Of a DNA stretch of 64,000 bases, positions 56,081 through 64,000 are shown one piece after another. The position numbers and the translations under genes are program-made. The DNA is from an uncultured delta proteobacterium (GTDB lineage Bacteria > Desulfobacterota > Binatia > UBA9968), in contig CAVYTU010000014.1 in assembly GCA_963771465.1 (NCBI GenBank), forward strand, positions 256,001-320,000, given 5' to 3'. The stretch's first letter is position 1. Every line of letters begins with the position of its first letter. Under the pieces are notes generated by a model that worked only from the letters and a program-made list of their open reading frames with translations, was not told the DNA's origin and made no database searches.

Positions 56081-56343
56081 GGAAGAATCCTTTCTTGGTT
56101 ATTACGATTCTCCGCGTAAATCGGGTCGCTCATAGTGCAGCCGCGAGCTATCCGGGAAACGTTCAAGGCCAATCTGCGTTCGGTAACCTTCTGCATCGAA
56201 CCCACTCGATCACCGCCATCGAAGCGCTAATTGAATTCAGCCCTACGTCGGGACCACAAAATCAAAGTCGGGAGTCCCGGGCGTTGAACCACAAAACTGC
56301 TCAATGCGACTGAACTCATTATAGGCTCTCTTTAAGTTGTATC

Positions 56344-57577
56344 TCAGTTCCGAGCCGCGATCTGCTCAGCGAGATAAGCCGCGTCTTCCGCGCCTGACGC
56401 CCGAAGCAGAAAAGCTGACTTCCGCTTGTAGAGCCAACGCAATCCAAGAAAATAGATGCCGGGGAATTGAGTCACACCGCGCCGATGCACCGGCTCGCCG
56501 GCCTCGTCGAAAATAGGAAGTTTCACCCAGTCGAAGTTGCAGCGGAAACCGCTTGCCCAGACGATCGCACCGATGCCTGCATCTTTAAGGTCGAGTCGTG
56601 AAACTGGACTTGGAACGTTTGGTTTTACGCCCGGCTCCTGCTCAGCTGGGAACTCCAAGCCATTCTTCGTTACGTAGTCGTCCACGGCGCGTTTGAAATT
56701 TTCCAGCGACTCGTCGCCTTTGGCGAGGTTCTGCGCTAGATCATCGGCTAACATTAAGTTACTGCCGTTGATCCCCTGCAAATGGCCTAACAAAACTATT
56801 CCACGTGCGGCCATAGCGCGCAAATCGACATCGTAACCGCCATTGGCGCCCGTAAGTAAAATTTCCGATCCTTTCCGAAGGGCTACCGGCACCGTATCAA
56901 CGATTTGTTCGGGCCTTCTTAGAGCCGCTCCCCAATAGGCAAAATCTTGGCCACGGTATCTTCTCGGCATACGACTATGACGCGCTACCGAAAGATAAAC
57001 CTGGCGGCCGTTTTGTTGTAAGTCGTCGGCTATCTGGCAGCCCGAAGCTCCGCTGCCCACAACCAGCACCGCCCCCAGCGGCAACTGGGCCGGATTGCGA
57101 TAGGCATTGGAATGTATCTGAAAGATATTTTTCGGAACATCCGCGCTCATAGTTGGTATCACGGGCAGTTGATAGGGACCCGTGGCAATGACCACGTTGG
57201 CAGCTTCAATAGCGCCGCTGTTTGTCGTAAGCAGATAGCGCTGGAATCGGCTCGCTCCAGTGAAGTGACCTCCACTCCACAACGCACCGGAGCATTGATG
57301 AAATCGCATAGCCATCGAGAAACCGCACGACTTCGCTTCCCGGCGCGAAGGCGTCCGGATCGTCGCATTGGTATTTGTAGCCAGGCAATTCAATGGTCCA
57401 GTTGGGAAATTGGAAGCAAAAGGAATCCCAACGTTCGCTACGCCACCGCTCCGCTACCCGTCCTCGCTCCAGGATTAAGTGTTCTCGTCCAAGTTGCCTG
57501 AGATAATAACTCATCGTCAGCCCTGCGTGTCCTCCGCCGATGATGACTGTCTCTACCTGTTCAACGTTGCCATTCAT
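56344..57577 (-). CDS. Flavin-containing monooxygenase (copy 2), frameshifts near 57240-57310
   Basis: Closely similar to copy 1 over its whole length. Confidence 0.88.
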
Positions 57578-57722
57578 AAAACCCCTCGAATAAAATCAGG
57601 TCAGTTAGGATTACCGACTCACGCAAAGTGAAAGCTGAGGCTGACAGCCTGCCACTTTCGGTTTCTGTCTGATTACTGAAAATAGGTCGGATTACGTTCC
57701 ACACCGCATGGGGCAGCCGTGC

Positions 57723-58544
57723 TCAAATTCCTAAATACGCTTCCGGCGGAACGGCGAAAATGTCTGTTGTCACGTCGGTGACACCCGGTACATTTTTCAC
57801 TAGCTTCACGACTTCGTCCACCAATGTTTCACGCGCTACTCTGCCCCGAACATGAACATGGCCACCGTCGGCACGAACTTCGAGAGCTGATCCTCCTATC
57901 TTGGGCGATGCAAGCAACATGGCATGGACCCGGGAACCAAGTGCGAGATCATTGAAGGTGTGTTCGGATTGCGCCGTGGGCTGAAATTCCTCGAGCTTCG
58001 CCGCCTCCAAAATTACACGCTTCGCCCCTTCTCGGCTCATCTTGCCCATGTTGAGAATCAGGTCATAACGATTGGGATCGCGCCAATCCGCTCCGAACAT
58101 CGCCATCAGCCGGCGGCTGCGCGCCTTATCGATTTCATCTATATAATGGCGTGCCGCCGCGTCAGTTAGCTTTTGCCGCGCTCGGACTTGCTTGATGCGG
58201 ATGTCCATCGAGGCCGTCAAGAGCACCTTGAGCACATGAGGGATATCCGACAGCAGCTCATGGCCCAAATGACCGTGATAAACGACCTTGCCGTCGCGAA
58301 CCAGTTCGCACAGCGCCGCTTGCAAAGCGACCCGGTAGGGCAGCAAATCTTGCAGCAGGCGCTCCCACCAGTGCGGGCCTTTGTCGACGATGTCGTTGAG
58401 TTTTGCTTCGGGAATGCGATAGCGCCGGCTGGCTTCGACGAGCACCTCGCGCCCAACACATCGGTAGCCAAGAGCGTCAGCCACAGTTTCCGCCAATTCC
58501 TGACCTTCGCCCGAAGCGCCTTGATAGATTGTGATGATCGGCAT
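57723..58544 (-). CDS. Cytidylate kinase-like protein with C-terminal BON domain
   Basis: IITIYQGASGEG, YDLILN, then EVRADGGHVHVRG..VPGVTDV. Confidence 0.88.
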   Translation of the reverse strand: MPIITIYQGASGEGQELAETVADALGYRCVGREVLVEASRRYRIPEAKLNDIVDKGPHWWERLLQDLLPYRVALQAALCELVRDGKVVYHGHLGHELLSDIPHVLKVLLTASMDIRIKQVRARQKLTDAAARHYIDEIDKARSRRLMAMFGADWRDPNRYDLILNMGKMSREGAKRVILEAAKLEEFQPTAQSEHTFNDLALGSRVHAMLLASPKIGGSALEVRADGGHVHVRGRVARETLVDEVVKLVKNVPGVTDVTTDIFAVPPEAYLGI

Positions 58545-58829
58545 GGCAACTTTCCTCCTTAGCACTGCAGCTATTGATCCGAGCGGAAATATTCTCAACA
58601 GATCATCTGCGTTACCCATCGGTCAACCGTTGGGCAACTGGAATTCTCTCGGTATCGCCGAAGGATGACCAGTATAAAACTCTTCCAATTCTAACCGGCG
58701 TTGATCTTCAAAAGACTGGCGCGTTCTAAAACTCTGCGCAGCTACGCGCCGCGTAGTCTGAATTGATTGGAGAACCTGTTTACGCCACGGTCCGATGCTC
58801 CTTTTGTCCTGTGCTTAACCAGCGAGAGC

Positions 58830-58844
58830 GCAATCGTTATGCCA
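58830..58844 (-). promoter_or_regulatory. Sigma54 promoter
   Basis: TGGCATAACGATTGC followed by AAAAGGAG. Confidence 0.75.
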
Positions 58845-58940
58845 CGTCGTGACGCGCTCCGCCCAGGCTGATTAATTTGCTGAATTATTTGAGAATTTTG
58901 ATCTGAGGGAATCGCTCACCAGCCGGCCAACTACAAAAAA

Positions 58941-58979
58941 GGTAACTTTGGTTTACCGCGCCGTAATCGATAAGTTACC
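58941..58979. promoter_or_regulatory. Tandem palindromic activator sites (putative UAS)
   Basis: GGTAActttggtTTACC and CGTAAtcgataagTTACC. Confidence 0.6.
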
Positions 58980-59097
58980 CAACTTTCCCCGCGTGATCGG
59001 CTCCTCCAAAACAAACTTGGAGTCGAGGTAGCGAACACACGGCACCAATGTTCTTCGTTGCCTTGAAGGTGTTTTCCGATGCCGCTACTGTTAGAAC

Positions 59098-62000
59098 ATG
59101 AACTCGGTGCGCAAGACTCAACGAAACTCAGCGTTGCCGAGAAAATATTTATCCTATCTGAAAAACAGCCCGTCGCCAGCGCTCGCCGAATTGAATCTCG
59201 CGCGCCTAATTGAAAGCGGTGGCGCAAAGACTTTGGAGAAAATTCCACGGGCCGACCTGCCGGCCTTGTTCGGTCTCCTGGGCGGCAGTGCCTATCTCAG
59301 CGACATTCTGTTCCGCCAGGGAAACGACTGGCCCGCTATTTTTCTCCACCAGCTCCGCACCCAGAGCAAAACTGTCGCAGCGCATCTGCGCGAGCTTGAG
59401 CCTTTTATAAGAAGCGCCGAATCGATTGCGTCATTTTGCGCCGACTTGCGCCGCCACAAGCAGCTCGAGTACCTGCGCATCGGCACGCGCGATTTGATGC
59501 CGTCGGTAACCATGGAGGAGACCGTGCGCGAGCTTACCGCCCTCGCTGAAGCCTCACTGGATGCTTCCTATCAATATGGCCGGGCGGAAGTGGAGAAAGA
59601 CTACGGCGTGCTCAATCTGCCGGAAACCGAAACGTCCAATCGCTTCGTCGTTCTCGGCATGGGCAAGCTCGGCGGCGGCGAGCTCAATTTCAGTTCCGAT
59701 GTTGACGTCATCTTTCTCTATGAGAATGACGAGGGCGAAAGCGCCGGCGGAAAGAAAGGTAAAGTCGGCCCGCGCGAATTCTTCAGCGCCATCGGCCAAA
59801 AAATCATTCACACCATGGGCGACGTCACTGAAGACGGCTTCGTCTTTCGCATCGATCTACGCCTACGTCCCCTCGGCGCCAACGGCCCGTTAGTGCAATC
59901 GGTGGACTCGGCGATGCTCTACTACGAATCCTGGGGGCAGTGCTGGGAGCGCGCGGCTTTGATCAAGGGGCGGCCGGTCGCGGGAGACGTCGAGCTCGGC
60001 GCGAGCTTTCTTAAAGAAGTGGAACCGTTCATCTATCGCCGCTATCTCGACTACACCACTGTCGACGAATTGCGTCATATGAAGACGCGTATCGAGAATG
60101 AGCTGCTCACCGGCGACGAAAAAGGCCGCAACATCAAGCTCGGCTACGGCGGCATTCGCGAGGTCGAGTTTTTCACCCAAGCGCTGCAGCTGGTCAACGG
60201 CGGCTACGAGCCTAAACTCAGGGGACCGAGCACGTTACCCGCATTGGCAGCACTCGCCCGACATAACTTTATTTCCGCTAAAGAGCGCAACAAACTCACC
60301 GACGCTTACCGGTTCCTGCGCCAAGCGGAGCATAAAGTGCAGATCGTTCAGGAAGCGCACGCGCACTCGATCCCCGAGGGCGAAAACGAAGAGCAAGCCT
60401 ACGCGCGCCGCTTGGGTTACAAAGGTAATAGGAAGCAAAGCGAGCGTGAGCTTTTCTGGCGCGATCATCGCAAGTACACACAAACCGTGCGCAGCATCTT
60501 CGACCGGCTGTTTTACGGCGCGCAGAAAGAGATCGAAAACGACGGCGCGGCCGGTTCGATTTGGAACGATCTCGATAACCACGAGTTGATCATCAGAGAA
60601 TTGGCGGCGGCCGGTTTCGCCGATGCCGATAAAGCCTACGAGAGCCTGCTCGCCGTGCGCGACGGCGAAGTGTTCTCGCCGCCAAGTTCGAAGCGATTGA
60701 AGGTCTTGCGCAGCCTCGGTCCGGCGTTGATCAACGAGATCACCAAATCAGGCGCGCCGGATCAGGCGTTGTTCAATCTCGCAGAGTTCAGCCATCGCAT
60801 CGGCGGGCGCACCGGCTTCTTGACCTTGCTCGCGGAAAATCCGCAAACCATGCGGCTCTTGATCGCGCTCTTTGCCGATAGCCAGTTTCTCACTGATCTG
60901 TTTTTGCAGCGGCCGGAGCTGATCGACACCTTGATCCGCGTCGATCTGACCCGTTTTGAAAAAACCAAGAACGAGATGCTTCGCGAACTGCGCGCGGCTC
61001 TCGGTGAAACCCAAGACATTGAAGACCGACTAAACGTCATCCGGCGTTACAAGACCGAGGAATTTATCCGCATCGGCCTTCACGATCTGGGCGGCAGCAT
61101 TGAATTGGTGCTCGTGCTCGAGCAGTTGTCCGACCTGGCCGATGCCTGCCTGCAAGCTGCACTCGATTTGACCCTCGCGGAGCTCGGCAAAAAATTTGGC
61201 GCCGTGCCAAAAGGGCGTTTTGCCGTGCTTGGCGGCGGTAAATTGGGTGCGCGAGAAATAGACTATAAGTCCGATTTAGACTTGGTGTTTATCTACGACG
61301 CGGCGGAAGACGCTCAAAGCCTCGGCGGGTTCCAGGGCAAGTTGTCGGCCCACGAATTTTTTGTTCGAGTCGGCCAAAAGCTGCTCACCTACTTGGCCGC
61401 GCCAACCGAAGAAGGCATCGCTTACAAAATCGACATGCAGCTGCGCCCATCAGGCAAGGCTGGGCCGGTCGTCTGCTCGCTGGACGCCTATCGCGACTAT
61501 CACAAAACTGCCTCGCAACTATGGGAACGCCAAGCGCTGATCAAAACCCGCTTCATCGCCGGCGATACGAACCTCGGCAAAGCCGCCGAAAAAGTGATTG
61601 AGCGCTGCGCTTATGGCGTCGGGCTGACGGCCGAAGGTGTTAGCGAGATTCATCACCTGCGCGTGCGCATGGAACGCGAGCTCGCCGGCGAGGATGAAAC
61701 GCGCTTCAATCTTAAAAAAGGTCGTGGCGGCCTGGTCGATATCGAGTTCCTCACGCAAATGTTGCAACTCGCTTATGGCCACCGGCGCGAAAAACTGCGC
61801 CGGCGCGAAACTTTGGCCGCGCTGCACACGCTGCATGATGAAAATATCCTGTCAACGCGTGACTATGCCCTGCTCACCGACGGCTATCTATTTCTCCGGC
61901 GTCTCGATCATCGCCTGCGCTTGGAACGCGATCAGTCGCTCGATGCCTTCGAAGCCGAACCACGACGGCTAGACGGCATCGCCAAGTCGCTGGGTTATGG

Positions 62001-62121
62001 CAGTAGCCGAAAGAATGGCGCGAATAGAGCAGGAAAATCCGGCGCTAAACTCCTCCGTGACTACGAGACACGGCGCGAAAAAATCCGCGCCTGTTATGAG
62101 CGCCACTTCCTCGCCAAATGA
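59098..62121 (+). CDS. glnE: Glutamine synthetase adenylyltransferase
   Basis: Two GKLG..SD(V/L)D nucleotidyltransferase domains; DLRLRP, WERAAL and GGIREVEF. Confidence 0.96.
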   Translation: MNSVRKTQRNSALPRKYLSYLKNSPSPALAELNLARLIESGGAKTLEKIPRADLPALFGLLGGSAYLSDILFRQGNDWPAIFLHQLRTQSKTVAAHLRELEPFIRSAESIASFCADLRRHKQLEYLRIGTRDLMPSVTMEETVRELTALAEASLDASYQYGRAEVEKDYGVLNLPETETSNRFVVLGMGKLGGGELNFSSDVDVIFLYENDEGESAGGKKGKVGPREFFSAIGQKIIHTMGDVTEDGFVFRIDLRLRPLGANGPLVQSVDSAMLYYESWGQCWERAALIKGRPVAGDVELGASFLKEVEPFIYRRYLDYTTVDELRHMKTRIENELLTGDEKGRNIKLGYGGIREVEFFTQALQLVNGGYEPKLRGPSTLPALAALARHNFISAKERNKLTDAYRFLRQAEHKVQIVQEAHAHSIPEGENEEQAYARRLGYKGNRKQSERELFWRDHRKYTQTVRSIFDRLFYGAQKEIENDGAAGSIWNDLDNHELIIRELAAAGFADADKAYESLLAVRDGEVFSPPSSKRLKVLRSLGPALINEITKSGAPDQALFNLAEFSHRIGGRTGFLTLLAENPQTMRLLIALFADSQFLTDLFLQRPELIDTLIRVDLTRFEKTKNEMLRELRAALGETQDIEDRLNVIRRYKTEEFIRIGLHDLGGSIELVLVLEQLSDLADACLQAALDLTLAELGKKFGAVPKGRFAVLGGGKLGAREIDYKSDLDLVFIYDAAEDAQSLGGFQGKLSAHEFFVRVGQKLLTYLAAPTEEGIAYKIDMQLRPSGKAGPVVCSLDAYRDYHKTASQLWERQALIKTRFIAGDTNLGKAAEKVIERCAYGVGLTAEGVSEIHHLRVRMERELAGEDETRFNLKKGRGGLVDIEFLTQMLQLAYGHRREKLRRRETLAALHTLHDENILSTRDYALLTDGYLFLRRLDHRLRLERDQSLDAFEAEPRRLDGIAKSLGYGSSRKNGANRAGKSGAKLLRDYETRREKIRACYERHFLAK

Positions 62122-62604
62122 CCATCTGCGACTTCGCTGCGCCACTCCTCCGCACGATTGGGGCGCACTCGTGATCCACTAACTTTGATCTTTGCGCCAA
62201 TTTTAAGAAATTGGGCATTGAGTAAAGAACTTCGTTTTGATTTTCATGCCTTTCGTCTAGATCTCGCTTGAATCTGTTAATATGGAGCCGTCTGGGCTTT
62301 TTCCCAACTGCATAAAATAGCCATCGCCATCTTTTAGCCAGCGGCAATGCCGTTTACCGCAATGACGGAACATGGGTGAGGTGCAATTCTTTACGAGGGA
62401 AGACGATCAGCCTAACGTCTGAGCAGGCGATCGACGTCGCTGCTCAGCGAACAATTTCCGTCTCACAGTTAGAATGTCATGCCGACACGCACGCTGACCG
62501 TGTAATCGCCCCTAATAGGTGTCTTCGCTACTCCAGACTAGCGCCTCGCTAAGCCCAGACGGTTAGTTCGTCTGATAATTTCTGATTATTTTAGAATGAT
62601 TTTA

Positions 62605-62633
62605 TTGACAGTAGCATAACTGTGCGATATCTT
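62605..62633 (+). promoter_or_regulatory. Sigma70 promoter, probably giving a leaderless mRNA
   Basis: TTGACA-N17-TATCTT; the ATG begins 7 nt after the last base of the -10 box. Confidence 0.65.
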
Positions 62634-62639
62634 CCGCCT

Positions 62640-63038
62640 ATGAAAACACAAATGCTTAAGGGCATTGCCCTGGCTTCAATAGTTGCCGTAATGTCGGGTC
62701 CTCTATACGCGCAGACTGCGGAACCGAATACTCAGCCCGCAGAGCCGGTGGGTCAAGAGGCAGGCTACGGCGTCGGAGCGGCGCTGGCGACTATCTTTTA
62801 CATCCCTGCCAAGGTTACCTATGCGGGGCTTGGCTTGCTAACCGGCGGGCTTGGTTTCCTCTTGACCGGTGGCAAAGCGGACGTCGCCAACAACATCATT
62901 TACCCGGCGGTGCGCGGCAACTACGTCGTTACCCCCAGCCACCTCAAGGGTACCGAGCCGATTTACTTCGTTGGCCCGCCACCGGATGCGCCGGCTCCCG
63001 AGACCGTAGCTTCGGCTCCGGCGACGCCGAACCGTTAA
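62640..63038 (+). CDS. Exported/membrane hypothetical protein
   Basis: Signal peptide; Gly-rich hydrophobic YIPAKVTYAGLGLLTGGLG. Confidence 0.8.
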   Translation: MKTQMLKGIALASIVAVMSGPLYAQTAEPNTQPAEPVGQEAGYGVGAALATIFYIPAKVTYAGLGLLTGGLGFLLTGGKADVANNIIYPAVRGNYVVTPSHLKGTEPIYFVGPPPDAPAPETVASAPATPNR

Positions 63039-63811
63039 TCGGCACCGAAGCAAACTCCGCGCTTCGAAGCTTTGATAAACTCCAGGAGGGCCAACATATC
63101 GCTGTTGGCTCTCCCGCTGTCCTCGACCTCTTTTATCGCCAACGCCAGGTTTCGACCTTTGCGGAATAGAATGCGAAAGGCTTCGCGAATCGCGCGAATG
63201 CGTTTGTCGTCGAACCCGGCGCGTTTGAGTCCGACTACATTGACGCCGCGCACCGTGTGTTGCCAATCGATAATCGCGTAGGGCGGCACATCGCGGCTCG
63301 TGCCGCTCAGTCCGCGCATCAAAGAATAGTCGCCGATGCGAACGAACTGGTGCACGACGCAGTTGCCGGAGATAAACACGTGATTACCGACTTCGACATG
63401 GCCGCCGAGCAACGCGCCGTTGGCAAGAACAATATTATCACCCAACTTGCAGTTGTGGCCGATGTGAGCCGTCGCCATGAGGAAATTATCGTTGCCGATC
63501 GTGGTCGCCGATCCAGCGACGGTGCCGCGATGCACTTGAGCATGCTCGCGGATGATATTGCGATCGCCGATGCGCAAAAAAGTTTGCTGCCCTTTGTATG
63601 CCTTGTCCTGCGGCGCGTCGCCAAGCACAGCACCGGAGTGAATCTCGTTGTCTGCGCCGATCTCCGTCCAGCCGGTTAAATAGGCGTGCGCCATCACTCG
63701 CGTACCGCCCATGACCTTGACGGCGCCATCGATGACCACGTAGGGCCCGATCTCGGCTTCGGAGTCGATCTCGGCTTTCGGATCGATGATAGCTGTGGGG
63801 TGGATAGTCAT
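63035..63811 (-). CDS. lpxA: UDP-N-acetylglucosamine O-acyltransferase
   Basis: IHPTAII, hexapeptide repeats, HRGT, HIGHNC, VHQFVRIG, DVPPY and GLKRAGF. Confidence 0.93.
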   Translation of the reverse strand: MTIHPTAIIDPKAEIDSEAEIGPYVVIDGAVKVMGGTRVMAHAYLTGWTEIGADNEIHSGAVLGDAPQDKAYKGQQTFLRIGDRNIIREHAQVHRGTVAGSATTIGNDNFLMATAHIGHNCKLGDNIVLANGALLGGHVEVGNHVFISGNCVVHQFVRIGDYSLMRGLSGTSRDVPPYAIIDWQHTVRGVNVVGLKRAGFDDKRIRAIREAFRILFRKGRNLALAIKEVEDSGRANSDMLALLEFIKASKRGVCFGAD

Positions 63812-63916
63812 GCAGTGAGCGGTCTCTGAGCTATTTCATCGATCTGCCGGATCGCACCAAGAAGCGTTGTCATCGAATATCCCTGGCGTTCATTGCGCCC
63901 TTGCGTGACGCTAATC

Positions 63917-64000
63917 CTACCGAGCTTCATCATCATCGTCATCTTGATCGTCCACTTGGGAATCCAAATCATCGCCGGGAATCTTGAAACGCTCTTCAGT
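63917..64000 (-). CDS. Acidic C-terminus of an upstream gene (partial)
   Basis: TEERFKIPGDDLDSQVDDQDDDDEAR*. Confidence 0.35.
   Translation of the reverse strand, partial: TEERFKIPGDDLDSQVDDQDDDDDEAR

Overview
A 64-kb bacterial chromosomal window of moderately high GC. Gene content (many orphan ABC substrate-binding proteins, GAF-rich kinases, glnE/lpxA/gshB/rsmE/prmA) suggests a deltaproteobacterial, possibly Binatia-like soil organism; this taxonomy is inference only. Single-base indels are frequent, even in housekeeping genes such as prmA, so many frameshifts are probably long-read errors. Layout: (1) 1-8950, accessory genes and a decayed tyrosine integrase beside the 3' end of tRNA-Phe(GAA); (2) 9-22 kb, core and catabolic genes; (3) 22.6-36.3 kb, one apparent giant cytoplasmic histidine kinase of about 13.7 kb with 25 tandem GAF modules joined by linkers that differ by whole heptads, followed by a single-domain receiver and an NtrC-type sigma54 activator; (4) 36.4-58.9 kb, a mosaic accessory region with a USP/diiron operon, unusual fusions, UbiD, duplicated flavin monooxygenases and gene fragments, plus two sigma54 promoters sharing a tandem GGTAA-N8-TTACC palindrome at the same distance; (5) glnE, a probably leaderless exported protein and lpxA.
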